The translations under genes were made by a program, and so were the position numbers. A stretch of DNA of 64,000 bases, taken from assembly GCA_034780895.1 (NCBI GenBank), contig JAUZTB010000071.1, positions 23,477,587 to 23,541,586 on the forward strand, read 5' to 3'. This DNA is from Rhynchobatus australiae. Lineage: Eukaryota. Positions 35,507 to 49,010 of the stretch are shown here, one piece after another. Within the stretch, counting starts at the first letter, position 1, and every line of letters starts with the position of its first letter. The notes under the pieces were generated by a model. That model was not told the origin of the DNA and searched no databases. It saw nothing but the letters and a program-made list of their open reading frames with translations.

Positions 35507-38500
35507 AATCTTCCTCATCCCTAAGTTAAGTGGTTGATTGTCTTTTCATGGTTCATTTCTCGGGTCTGTTCATTTATTTCCACCATCCTGGGCACATCTT
35601 TCTGACTGTACAGTAAAGGTCCAGAAATTAGCATGCATACTCTGTTTTACAGTACCATGTGTATGAAATTTGATTTCTTCAGGTGTGCAACATAATTGTG
35701 ATGATTTCTGAGTCAAATTACACTTTTCAGGAAATTCAATTGGACACCTTTGATTACAAATTGCACTTGTACTGAAGATGTGGTTTTCATATCAGATGTG
35801 TGGAATGATGTAATTCTCCACGTAACTTTCCTTTAGAGCACTGACCAAGAAATTAACTCTTCTTTTTGAGGTATGTCTGTTGTTGGGGACTTTCAGAGCA
35901 ACCACTCCTTGAGCTTGGTTCTGTGAATCTCACTTAGGTAAAGACCCTTATTTTTCTTCAGACAACCACCATCACCTTACCCTCAACTGTACTAACTCCA
36001 CCCCATCCACCAATCTGATCCACTGATTCCCCAGTTTGGGAAACTCTGACTACCCAGTCACTCCCTGATCTTCCCCAGTTTTATTCCTGCCCTTTCAATC
36101 ACCCTTGACTGCCCTGCCCAACTTCCTGATCCATCATCTGATCTCTGACCAGGTCCTTGTTCCAACTTGTAACACCGGAGCTGAACCATGTCCCCCTCAT
36201 TAGAGTGGAGAATTCAAAGATCTGTCAAGAAGTAAGTGTGGGCAGAAAGCAGATGGAGAGAAAGGGTTAGTGGTTAGGATAATTACATGCTCATGCAAGC
36301 TATTGGATGGTCTTCTCAGGAAGACAATGGAAAGGTGTTACTAGGATATACAGGCAGCTAAGATGGTAAAAGGTCAACACATAAGGAGAGAAAATGAACA
36401 AAGAAGAAAATGCAAATTAAGTGGGGAAATAAAAGAGGAAAGTTTTGGAATTAGAGAAGACATAAACAGGACATTGTTGTGTGCGGACTGCTCTTGCACT
36501 ATAATAATGGTCCTTAGCCCTGAACACCAAAATACCCAGCCAATATCACCAGGTGCCAATGGTTGGGACCTTCAGCAGGAATGAGGATGAACCAATATTA
36601 TTGAAGCAAAGCCTCACAAGCTGGTCCTGGTGAGAGTTTACACCAAACATGAGCAATTTGTCTTGTCACCAATGAATCCCAACTTTAGCTGAATACACCA
36701 CATTGATTGTGACTCCATTCTTTCTCAGTGTGCTAAGTCTTTCTTTGATCCCAACAGTGAGTTTATAGCTTCCTGATGAGTTATTTGCATGTTTTTTTCA
36801 AGTCAATGAACAAAATGATAAAATATTCAACAAAAAGAAGAGGATAAAGAAAACATTACAAACATGGGAAATCAAAACACTTTAACAGAACCTTCCTTTT
36901 TATAGGTTCAATGAGAATGATTCATTATGCAAAATCAGATTGTCAATATTAAATATTAAATCAATAAAGACTGTGTTTTGCAACTTTAACAGTGTGCAGC
37001 CAATAGCATTCACAGGAGGAGGCAATGATTGCTGCTAATAGCAAGAATAATATCTTCACTATTAACAGATTAAGTTGCCATTTTGCCCACTAATAAGAAT
37101 TTTGAAACCACTCTACAGCACCAAAACTCAAAAATGTTTAATTCCGATTAATTCCTGTACTACTTTTGTTAGTCTTAATGTTTAAAATAACACAACATAG
37201 CTCAGATAATATCTCAGAATATGCAAACAGCTATTATGATTGACAGCGTGAATATTAATTATGAGATGCTATACAACAGTACTTGATTCAGATCATAAAA
37301 CATGCGAGTATATTAAAGGTTATGGAACAAGAAGATATAGATCAACTATAATCTAACTGAGTGACAGAACATGGTTAATTCAAGCTTTTCTTCCAGTTTC
37401 TTGGAAGATCACGAGCAAAGTTTAGAGTGCATGAATGTGGGGTTAACCGTGTAACTTTGACAGCCAGTAATAACTAATGAATTAATTTGATATAAACATT
37501 AATAGAGATAATGCTGCAGTTGGGGAAGATGGCTCCTTAGCTCTTATGGCATTGATAGCTATAACAGAAAGCTGCAAAATGTCTGAGCTTACTGATATGT
37601 TATGAACCTAATATCCAACTGGAATGATGAGGCAGGAGATCTGCTTGTACAGCCTGACCAGCCTCTCAATACAGAATGCCAATCACTCCACTGACATTTA
37701 TTTCACTGATACAGAACAAGATTACTATGGAACTAAAGATTAGCCATTAGCTTTGAGGTGGAGAAATGATCCAATTTGGAGACAGGAGGAAAAGTGTATT
37801 CCATCCCACCCCCACAATTACTGGGACTCTGGACAGGCCATTACAGTAGCAAATAGCACGTGCCTGGGGCTACCACACAGACTTGGGTCATACAATTAAA
37901 ATGCAACCTCAAACACTTAGCGCTAATTGTAGCCATGAGAACTTGTGTGGTGCTGCACCTGACCCCGTCTCACGAAAAAAAAGTAATGTGTTGGAGATGC
38001 ATGCAGATGCAGGGCAAGTACCAAAATAAAGCTCATAATTAGAAAAGCAGCTAACCTTAAGGCTGCATATTGCCTTCCTTGGAATTCCATAGAATTTATA
38101 GAAGAGAAGCATTCAGTCTGGCTGGTCTGTGCCTGTACTCATGCTCCATGCAAGTATTCTCAAATCTTACTTTCTCTAACAATATTTGCCCACATTTGTG
38201 AGGAGTCCCAGCTTGCAGTCTATGCTCTTCTCTGTTGGTGTAATGTAGCCAAGTTATTATCACAGTATTCTTGAAATGGTAGCTTGCAATGGAGACATAT
38301 TTCTTATCTATTCAGTTCCTGCTAGCCAGGGCTGTGGGTCTACACAGACAACTTTACAACATGTGCATGTCTAGTAATGGCAGGAAATAATTTTGACAGA
38401 ATGGAAAATTTTTGGAGCTCTGCCTTACATTATCAGGCAGTCTTAGCCTTCAATTTCAACTTCAGTCTTGGTGCTTTCAATTAATTAAAAGGAATCAAAA

Positions 38501-38539
38501 GAGGAATCGAACCTGCCTGTTTGTACATGAGCACCTCAA

Positions 38540-38885
38540 GATGTGGGGGTAATGTTTCTCCCGGCTGGGGTATTTAGAACCAGGGGTCATAACCTCAGAA
38601 AAAGGAACCAAACGGTCATTCAGGAGTGAGATGAGAAAAATTTCTTCCCTCAGAGGGTAATGGAATTCCTGTGNNNNNNNNNNNNNNNNNCTCAGTCACT
38701 CAATATATTCGATACAGAACATTAATAGCTACTTAAATACTGAGGTAATTAAGGAAATTGGGGTGAATACAGAAAAGTGGCAGTGAGGTAAAACATCAGC
38801 CATCATCTTATTGAATACTGGGACAGACACAAGGGGCTGAATAACCTACTCCTGCTTCTATATCTATTTTTTAATGTTTTTATGT
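38540..38885 (+). mobile_element. CR1 LINE 3' end
   Basis: tagaaccaggggtcataacctc...gatgagaaaaatttcttc...cctactcctgcttcta. Confidence 0.8.
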
Positions 38886-40229
38886 TTTAGGTGTGTTAAA
38901 TGAATAATAAAATGTGTTAAATATGTTTATGTTATTTATATGTTTTTCATAATTTGATGTTTTAAATTATTTACATAATGATCAGAGACATTTTGGAACA
39001 GTTGAAAAAGGCCTTCACACCACCTGAGACCGATCTGCCACTTGGGGAACATTCATGGGAGAGTCATCAGCAAGATCTGGAGCTCTGTTTGTCCCTTGGA
39101 ATGATGAAAGGTAGACTGGCTGCAGGGATTGACAGGGACTGGTACAACTGGTTCATTAATGAGGCTCAGAATTCAAGGCATCTTGTGGAATTCTGTTCCA
39201 ATCTGGGAGGTGGAAATGGACAAAAAGTTCACATTATGAAAGCATTTAAAAGCAAATGCAACCATTCAACTTCATATAAAATTCCAAAAGTGGGAACAAT
39301 TCATTGCTAGTGACTGTTGCATTTATTGATATAAGCTGAAGATTCAGTGTGGTTGAGACAGAAGATCAGTAGTTGAATAGAGTAAGAAGCTCAAGGCGCC
39401 CCATGGCTCACTTTTGCCCACATTTTTGGACCTAATCTTATTGGCAAGGTCCCACAATTTGCAATTGCTGCTCAGGGTCACTGCATTTGAAATTTACCTG
39501 ATCCAGGTGCAGACTGCCTACCCTACTCACCTGAAGTGTTCCGAACTCCAGAAATGAGACCTGAGGCTTGGCAGGGCCTTGAACAACATACCAGAGAAGA
39601 CCCATACTCAGCCCTTCCCTGAAAGCCTTTGCCACCTGGAAAATACCTGCCCCAGATTAGCCACCCGTCAAAATTGTCATGGTTTCTGAATGTTTCTGAA
39701 TGTCTCACAAACCTATTTGTAAAGATATACTAAAGAATACAAAGTTTTGTTTTTAAGAATGAAATAAAGGATTTAAAATGGTATATATTTTTAGAACGTA
39801 AGAGAGTACGCTCTTGTAAATATGTGGAAACATATTTAAATAAATCAATTATAGTTATAAAAAAGGAGCCTTCTTTTCCCTTTCCTTTCTCACAGGCTTA
39901 AAATCTCCACAGATCCTGGACCAGGTCTAATCAGATGCAGAAGCTTAGATCCAAATTGTCCTCATAAATGCGGGAGAATCATAGCAAGGTGGAGCTCTGG
40001 TACTAAACTACATGCTGAGTCCTGCAGTGGAGCATGTGGAGACATATGGCAATGTTAGTTTGGGTCTTGCATGCTTCACTTCTGTGTATTTCACTATCTA
40101 GACATTCCAAACTAGCAGGCATTTAACGCTAAATGCAGGACCTTATGCAGTTTTAAAAAAATAGGTTCACAAAAAAGTGAAAGAAGCTGCTAGAGAAGTA
40201 AAATGAGATAACTTCAATTGGTGTCCGAC

Positions 40230-41800
40230 CTCCACTTGAGGCAGTACAGGATCTTTTGCTGTCTACTGTCTGATTTACAGGCAAAACATCCAGATGATCC
40301 ATCATCAACACTTGGCTGCATATTCCTTCATCAGCTGTCGTCTCTGGCACTGGAAGATGACTGAGAGCATCTGCATTTCCACAGTATTTCCTGATTTTGA
40401 AAACAATATTGTATTCATATGCTCTCAAGGTCAAAACCCATCTTTGAACTCATGGAGAAAACATTTGATGCACTGGCTTCATCTCATGGAAATCAGGAGG
40501 TTTTGATCTATGTAAGTGGTAAAATGACATCCATAGATGTATTTACAGAACTGCTGCAGTCCATACACAATGGCTTAGTTTTCATTATCCAGTGTCTGCT
40601 GTCAACATTCCAGGCGTAAACTTATCGGCTTTTCAGAAAACCATCTTCCATGGGATAACACAGCACCAACATAAGATTAAATCTGCCAGATGAGTAGCGG
40701 GCAAGCACATCAACAGACTGTAGCAGTTCTTTAGAATGAGCAAAAGCCTTTTCAAGCCTCACTCCATCTCCATTTCACATCCTTTTCAGCAACTGGAGCT
40801 TGAATTTATTTTAACAATACAACAATCCCAGAAATGTCTTCAGCTTCTCACGTTAGTTGGAACAGGGCTGTTAATGGCTGTTTACCTTCCTTTGAACTGG
40901 GTGTAGTCCCATAATGTCCACATGTTGTCTTGGGTACTGTACATGATTTGCTAGGAATGTATACTTCTCTTTCCAGTGGGCCTGTTTCTCTGCTGGATGA
41001 CTCTATGACTCCATCGCATATTTCCTGCAAGGTCATGCTTCGGGCTTGGATAAAGTTCTGCCTCCTGTCACAAATGAATAATATCCCAACACTTCAGTCT
41101 TGGAAGGACTATGGAGGGAGTTACCGGAGGCTGTCAAGTGCCTGTGGGACTGCATCCCAGCATAGGTTAATATTTCCAGGGGATGAGAACAAAAATTAAA
41201 ACAGAATGATCCTCTTAAACAGCAAATGGTATTGTGGGTGGTCAATGTCCGGTTATTGAAGGGAAAGCAACCCTTTTGCTTCTGTTTGACAACCAGATGT
41301 ATAATCTTATTCCCACACATAATGCTTCTGGAGGATGCTGCTAATGTCCAGAACTGTTGCTTCATATGACTTTTACTGGCAGATACAATTAACAGGCCTG
41401 AAATAATTGTCAGAATAAGAATTTGTGTACTAGGAGTTCTGGACTGCCTCAGTCTTGTGACACCTCTATGTTGTCTGCTTAATCTGAGGTTAATTCAAGG
41501 ATAAATCTGAATTTCATCCAATCCAAATCAGGATTAATGTTCCTGTGTGGTCCACATCTTAAATTCTTGCTCTTCACTTCATTCCTGACTGATGATGATT
41601 CAGTTTGCATGCTCCATGAGACACAGAGATGTCCTGCAAGAATGCTTCTGCCTATGCAGGATAACCCACTCCACATCATGTCATGCTGCATCCCTCAACT
41701 CCTCCCCTCGGTATGTGTCCTTAACATTAGCCACAACTTCCTCAACAGCTGACATAACCGCCCCCATGCCGGCTTCTTGATCATTATTCTCAATAAGCAG
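40230..41800 (-). mobile_element. Decayed Ty3/Gypsy internal region (RT start, RT end, RNase H)
   Basis: VQRWVLTLRAYEY...GNADALSHLP (RNase H end), LKTFLGLL near 40830, DGVIE near 41005; left part firm, right boundary uncertain. Confidence 0.75.
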
Positions 41801-41989
41801 CAATTAATCAAAAACTCTGCTTCAAAACCACTTTAGACTAACAATTTCATCCCCATTAGTCTACCCCAATCGTGATGAGTTTAAGATTCATGTTCTCAAC
41901 AATTAACATAGCAAAGGCTGTTAGTGATTCTGCCTTAAACCCATCTCCCTCATCCTTTAGCCTTCTGGCCCCGTGCTGTGCTGTCTGAT

Positions 41990-42200
41990 TAGAGTCATTG
42001 AGTCATACAGCATGGAAGCACACTGAGTCTGCCTGGCCATCAAGCATCCATTTGCATTAATCCTTCACCAATCCCATTTTATTCTTCCCACATCCCCATC
42101 AACTACCCCCAGATTCTGCTTACTGGGGCAATTCACAGTAGCCTATTAACCTATCAACCCACATGTCTTTGGCATGTGGAAGAAAGCTGAAACACCTGGA
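41990..42200 (-). mobile_element. HE1-like V-SINE 3' half
   Basis: agagtcattgagtcatacagcatgg tail; atcccattttattc; atgtctttggcatgtgg. Confidence 0.8.
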
Positions 42201-42565
42201 AGATTCTGGAATTCTCACATTATACATTCCTACCTTCAGTGGCAAAGCCTTCAGGTATTTTACCCTTGTTCCCTGATCATTTCTCCTCTACCTTTAAAAT
42301 TTTTTTCAAAACTCAACTTCCCAGCTGTGGTGTGGCAGCAGCAGCAGGGGGAGGGGTGTGCATGGTCAAAGTCATTGTTGCTCGTTGACATTAAAACACT
42401 TTGGTGAGAATCAATGGAATGGAAGGAGTGAGAGGCAGCTGATGCCCTTTATTGCTAACTGCCGGGGCTGAATTTTCTCACCTTAGCCTCCAATCTTAAC
42501 TTTCCAGCAAGTTTTATAAAATTCACCTCTTCCTCTGTGGAGCACTTGCAACATTTTGTTATGTA

Positions 42566-42730
42566 ATTGGAAATTGGTTTATTATCGTCACGTGTACCAA
42601 GATACAGTGAAAAGCTTTGGTTTGCATGCCATCCAGATGGATATTCCATACATAAGTACATTGAGGTGGTACAAAAGGAAATAAGAGAACTGAATGCCGT
42701 ATATAGTGTTACAGTTACAGAGAAAGTGCA
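42566..42730 (-). mobile_element. Rex1/Babar 3' UTR fragment
   Basis: Close match to 11430-11590 (tgtaccaag.tacagtgaaaa, tgccatcca). Confidence 0.8.
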
Positions 42731-43469
42731 TTCAAGATTTCACCCTAGACCTTAAACCACCAAAAGATGGTGACGTTGAAAGGTGTCACTGAATACTGAT
42801 GTCCCTACATTTCAATTTGAACCAAAGAAGAAAAGCAAACAGATTGGGGCTAAAGGTCAAGTAGACACAGGACAAAAGTGAGTCTGGGCCATTTTCTTGA
42901 TGTGGGTGAATTTCACCCAAACTGATCACCAGCCCTATTTACCCAGTGTAAAACTGCTTTAATGTGAAATTTATGCAAAAAATTGAGTTCAATTTACTAC
43001 CTCCTTTATTTGTTCAAAGAATAATCAGCTTTTGATAGCTGCATTTCCCCTGAAATTGTGCTAAAGAGCCCACATTCAAACTGTATTCTTTGTCTTCACT
43101 GAGATCTATATCCTTCTGAAATCTCACACACAGCCTTTACTGTGTACTTGGGCTGCTTTGCTTGTTGAAATCAAGGGAAAGATCATCCNNNNNNNNNNNN
43201 NNNNNNNNNNNNNNNNNNNNNNNNNNNNNNNNNNNNNNNNNNNNNNNNNNNNNNNNNNNNNNNNNNNNNNNNNNNNNNNNNNNNNNNNTGAAATCAAGGG
43301 AAAGATCATCCCATGTTTCAGCTGACAATCTCTGATACATCCCACAGTTTGATGCTCGCTGCTTGTAATCCTAATTATGAGTAATGATTGTTGCTTTAAG
43401 GCTTTCACTATTTTAAAGATTCTATTATATGATTGACTGCTCTTTGGGCTGCATCAATGATTTACAACT

Positions 43470-43772
43470 ACAGCAGTCCAGGTTCAATCCTGACCTTTGG
43501 TGCTATCTCTGTGGAATTTGTATATTCTCCCTGTGACCCATAGGTTTCCTGCTCTGGTTTCCTCCCGTGTCCCAAAGAAGCCTGGGTTTAGATTAATTGG
43601 CCTCTCTAAATTACCCTTAGTAATGTAGGTGAGTGGTAGAATCTGGGAGAAGATGAAGGGACTATGAGGAGAATAAAAATGAGATTATTGTTGGATTAGT
43701 ATAAATAGATAATTGGTATCACCACAGATTTGTGGACCAAAGAGACTGCCTCTACACTGTATGGCTCTGACA
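43470..43772 (+). mobile_element. HE1-like V-SINE
   Basis: ggttcaatcctgacc; tgtggaatttgtatattctccctgtgacc; ggtttcctcccg. Confidence 0.85.
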
Positions 43773-44619
43773 ACATCGATACTGAAAGTCCCAAGTACAC
43801 TTGTGAAGTGCCCTTGAATAAGCTGCACACTACTGCATGCATGCAGCACNNNNNNNNNNNNNNNNNNNNNNNNNGGAGGGAGGGCTGTCACCAAACTCTT
43901 GAATACTCCCTTTACTTTTTCTTCACACATGGGAACAAGCCAAGTGGGTGGCCGCATTTGTTGTGTTGCAGGTTTCCCCAAAGAGCAGCCGTTCATGTCC
44001 TCAGAAGACCTCCTCTGGCAACTTTTTGTCTGAAGCCCTGGACAGTGTCCTTGGCTCCTCTGCACAAGGGAAGAGCCTCTTGCAGACACTGCTCCTCACC
44101 GGCCTGTCCATGTTTCTCTGATATCCTGGGAGCTTTGTCACAATCCTCCCATCACCGTACCATCCATGCATTCAGTAGCAACATTCCTGGGTAGCTGACT
44201 TCAGAGATTGCACCTGTAAACCTAAATGGCTACAGAATTTGCAATAGATCAATGGAGAACACCGGTCTGGAACAACTAGCATTAATTTCAGTACAATGTT
44301 ACATAGGGAAGCCCAAAAATACTGCTCAATGAACCTCAAACTTAAAGATTTAGATTATTATGTGACTATTTCAGACGTTGGGGTGACATTGTTCTAACAT
44401 CATTAAAGGTAGCTAAGCATTGCCTCAGTGATGAAATTTCATGAAGAGTTTCATGATGTCAGGGTTGTACAGCCCTTTGTAAGAGGTCTCTATGAAATTC
44501 AGCCTCAGAGACTAGAGAGCACTAGTTTTATCTGCTGCTCTTTCTTAAATCACTGATGTAAACCCTTTGCAAAGACAGAACCAGATCTGGTAGTTTTGGT
44601 TGTCGTGAGTGGATAGCTT

Positions 44620-44620
44620 G

Positions 44621-44658
<38 letters not shown>
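44620..44658. repeat. Compound (CT)n(CA)n microsatellite
   Basis: Read directly. Confidence 0.95.
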
Positions 44659-46099
44659 GAATGCTGGAATAGTCCAGCCCACTGAAACAGTTATCTACAT
44701 GAACTGGGAATGATGGAAATTGGGGTAAAAACACCTTATCTGGTAACATCAATAATAGAAGCACCACTTTATTGAACTTCAATGCACAGATTTCTGAAAC
44801 AGATACACAGACAATGGCTTTATTCAGCTTTAGGAAATCACCGAATCACCATTATCCAGGGATTCTTCACAGACCAGCTTTGAATCTTGGCCACTTAAAC
44901 TTTTGTATTTTTTTTCTGTTTTTTCATAATGTCTGCAAGTAGAACTTTTATAGATAACCACCTTATTAATTCTTAATATTATCTTCTGTACATTGGATGA
45001 TTGTGAGAGCAGACTTGAATGGATAATATCTCAGAGGGAAATAAAAAAATACGTCATTGAAAATGTATTTATTGCAAAGCCTTTTCAATTGAATAGAATA
45101 AATTTTCCTTATAATTACAGCAAACTTCCATTGACATAACACCATAATCTAAGACACCCTAACTGCTTCATTATCATTGGTTGAATGTTGTCACAATTCT
45201 TCTATAGGCGGAAGTTTCAGTCAATTTTTATAAAGTGAGGTGCCATAAATGGCACTGAGACAACTGACCATATTAAGGTTGCCTGGGCAGAAGTATCAAA
45301 AGGGCACCAATAGCTATGTATCTTCATTCTTTTATCCCTCTATTATTTCAATGAATAATGGACTCTTAGTTCAGAGCTATGCTTCACTTCCTTGGTTGTT
45401 GACTCAAATAAAAAAAACCTAACCGCAGAAAACCACTTCCAGTGCATCACCCTACATTTGTTGCAGTTCATCAGCTGCCACCATCACATTCATGGAAAAG
45501 GTCCATGTTTGATGGGCATTGGTTACAAAAGATGAAAATGCCTCCTCCCAGTGGATGTACCAGTTGCCAACTCAGCTTCGTGCCAAGTTTCATGGGCCTC
45601 ACTGAAATATTGGTGCAAAAGTGAGGAATCTGCTCAGTGGCAGCTTCCTTCTTCATTAGGGTTTCCTGGTAATTGAATGCTACTCAGATGGCAACCTCTC
45701 CCCCATTTAGATGGCACCTGTACCTAGATATTGTCATTTTTCCTCACTATACTACTTCACCTATGTTTTGGCCCTTTCATTTAACCTGTCTGCATTCCTA
45801 TGCAGACTTTTTTATCTAGAAGTTGTGTTTCACTCTCTTTTGGTGTGCTAAACATGGGCTGTGTGTAGCGCTAAAGGCTGCCGCGTTTGCATATGAATGC
45901 CCTGGTTAATTTTTTTATTGGGTATGATTTCATCTGGAAATGATTATTGGCATGAAAAAACTGAGTAAAAATGATTTAGTGTGCAATTTACATTTGAAAA
46001 CTTCCCATTTATGCATCCAATTTCTAGACTTTTCCTAGAACTCCTCGGTTTCACACCTATCACTGTATTGTTATTAAACATAGAAATGTTACATCTTGT

Positions 46100-46330
46100 G
46101 CTTTCACCTACAGTATATCATTAATGGAGATGGTAAATAGCAAATGCCCCACCACTGAGCCACAGGACACAGCTTTTCAACTGGAAAGTGACCCATTTAT
46201 CCCTGCTGTTTCTGCCTGCTACCCATTTTTTANNNNNNNNNNNNNNNNNNNNNNNNNNNNNNNNNNNNNNGTAACCTTTTACGTGACACCTTATCAAACA
46301 TCTTGTGGAATGATTCCATACTTCACGATC
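46100..46330 (-). mobile_element. CR1 RT fragment
   Basis: ccccaccactgagcc; gaaagtgacccatttatccct; gacaccttatcaaa. Confidence 0.55.
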
Positions 46331-47840
46331 ATCCCAGTAACTGGAATTTTCTGACATTAAGCAGTGCTGATGAGAAAAAAAATGACAGCATACTAAGTCA
46401 AGGATCTTCAACCAGCAGATCTGTCAATTCTATTTAATACTGCATGCTCACTTAAGAAATAAGCTTGAATTTCACCTTTGCAACATAGTATGATGGAAAT
46501 TGCTGGGAAATGCTGGCATTTACCTTTGGAAATTCGGGGCTCCCACACAAGGGTGGAAGTCATGCACTGCATAGCAGTAATTTACTGTCTACGCTCTGAT
46601 ACTGAACTCCAGTGGTGGGATAGAAGCTTGCTGAAATCCCCAGCTGTTATCCTGGTGAATCTACCCACTGAACCTTTGTCAGGTTTACAGCACAAGAATA
46701 ATGAGCCTATTCTTTTGAATGGAGAGCAATGGCTCCATAGGAGAATGCCAAGATAAAGTAGCTTACATTTCCTTAAACATCATTGATTTTGTTTCAGTGC
46801 TTTCAATTGTTCAAAGATATTTCAAGTAATTTAATATTTTCAATCAATTTTACATTTGTTTTTATTATTCTAATTGTTTCATTGATTTTTGAATTCTCTT
46901 ACTGCCTGGGCACCTTTCAACATTCTTGACAACTTTAACTGCTAGCAAAGTTGAGGGATGNNNNNNNNNNNNNNNNNNNNNNNNNNNNNNNNNNNNNNNN
47001 NNNNNNNNNNNNNNNNNNNNNNNNNNNNNNNNNNNNNNNNNNNNNNNNNNNNNNNNNNNNTAGCAAAGTTGAGGGATGTGGTTGTCAAAGCCTCTTCATC
47101 CATTTCATGGATGGAATTATCCTGGCCTCTCCACCACGATGAGGTAATGTTGGTGAGTTATTCTTGTTATGCAGAACCCTGTCATTTAGGATTGGGGCAA
47201 CACTTTATAAATAATTTCATAGAAAAGTTTCCCTGAATATTATTGATTTGCTGCAGGCAGTAAGTTCAGTACCAGTATTGGTAATTAAGAACTGAGATTC
47301 TTTATACACTAATTCAGTGGTACTCACACTAATGTGCCATGTGACTACCTGCACATCACCCCTTCAAATATAGGCATAAAGTCATATAACAGAAAGAAAT
47401 AGCTAAATCCTTTAATATTTCCAACAAATAAATGCTCAGTGGAATAAAACTAGCTTTAGTTAATTGACATTACATGTTTTCAGTTACCTGGCTGTCAGTT
47501 GATGTATGACTCTCCCTCTAGCATCTAAGCTCGATGACATTGGGTTCTATTTGAAGGGACTACTTTATTTGTTGGAGAGCGAGTAAATCGATTTCACCTG
47601 TTGCTTTTATCCTTTGATTTTCTGAAAGGGACTATTGAATTCTCACATATTAAGATGACCTATTTATCTCCACTACTGAGTACAAAGAAGAAATCATGCT
47701 CCCGCCCCTCTCCAAAAGATCGGCATTCATTTTCTCTTTCCTTTTGTTCTGTTTAGATTTGCACCAATACAGGGGTTTCTAATGTCCACAAGGGGAACGT
47801 ACATGATTGTGCAAAGAATTCTAACTGGTTTTTTAACTGG

Positions 47841-48133
47841 TGTTACGAACCAGCAACAAAAGAAACACACCGAGGCATGTATAAGTGTTAAAAACTACTT
47901 TATTAATAACTACATATGATAATAAGTAAAATAAAAGTAAAAGTGTTAGAAGTAAAAATGTTAAACCCCGAACATTAACTCCCAAAAACTAACTAAACTT
48001 GTCGTGTGTGTTTGGCAAATTCCCAAACTCCACGTCCGGGAATGGTTCTTAAAGTCCAGTTCAGCAAGCCATAAGGTGAAACATGAGTAAAGGCTTCTTC
48101 AACAACCACCATTGTCTGGAGATAAAACGTAGA
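47841..48133 (-). mobile_element. Probable LTR fragment, cut by a gap
   Basis: Abrupt tgttacg start (TG terminus), nearby tttatt (AATAAA on minus), retained CpGs. Confidence 0.5.
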
Positions 48134-48233
48134 NNNNNNNNNNNNNNNNNNNNNNNNNNNNNNNNNNNNNNNNNNNNNNNNNNNNNNNNNNNNNNNNNNN
48201 NNNNNNNNNNNNNNNNNNNNNNNNNNNNNNNNN

Positions 48234-48408
48234 CCTGCCTTCTCCCTGTAACCTTTGACACCCTTACTAATCAAGAACCTATCAACCTCCGCTTTAAATA
48301 TACCCAATGACTTGGCCTCCACAGATGTCTGTGGCAATTAATTCCACAGATTCACCACCCTCTGGCTAAAGGAATTCCTCCTCACCTCTGTTCCAAAGGG
48401 ACGTCCAT
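48234..48408 (-). mobile_element. CR1 3' fragment, little diverged
   Basis: VEAKSLGIFKAEVDRFLISKGVKGY. Confidence 0.88.
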
Positions 48409-48699
48409 GTGGCTCAGGAGCTGTGGTTTGAGGGTTGTTGTACCAGTTGATTTACCTTGGCATTGCTCACAGAATATAAAACCTAGAGAGGTAGAAATCA
48501 TTCTTGGTGGCAAATGATGTACACTATTTCACCTCCAAAATGTGCTTCCATTATCATCAATGGCACAGAATCTTGGAAGTAGAGTTTGGGACACTATGGT
48601 TAATATGTTACACATTTAGTGTATGCAAAGATAAATGTCCACCTTTATATATTTGCTTTGTTTTTGCTGACTTATTTTCTAAAAGTTATGTTTTCTCAG

Positions 48700-49010
48700 G
48701 ATAATGGTTAGCATTTATTGTCCAGTATTTGTTACTATTGAAAAGTTGGGACGGGACCACCTTTTATTAACAAGTTTGATGAAAGTACTCCTTCAGTACT
48801 GTACGTAAGGCTTTCAGGATTTTGCCCCAGCAATAACGATAGAAGGGTGATATTCATCCAGTTTGGGATGATGTGTAATTTGGTGATGGTGGTGTTCCCA
48901 TCCACCTGCTGCCTTAGTCCTATGGGTTATGGCATATGGAAGGTGTTGTGGAAGAAACCATAGTGAATTGCCACAGCACAGCTTGTGGGTAGTATATCCT
49001 GTCATTAGTG
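48700..49010 (-). mobile_element. Old CR1/L2-clade LINE 3' fragment
   Basis: agcatttattgtcc...ggtggtgttcccatccacctgctgcctt; related to 53300-53530, 55780-56300 and 57280-57600. Confidence 0.55.

Noticed and set aside
35670-35876. Acceptor-like ttcag sites and gag|gtatgt donor suggesting an exon
   Set aside because: Such motifs occur by chance; no recognisable peptide or linked exons.
38978-39310. 110-aa ATG-initiated ORF
   Set aside because: No recognisable motif or exon context; consistent with chance.
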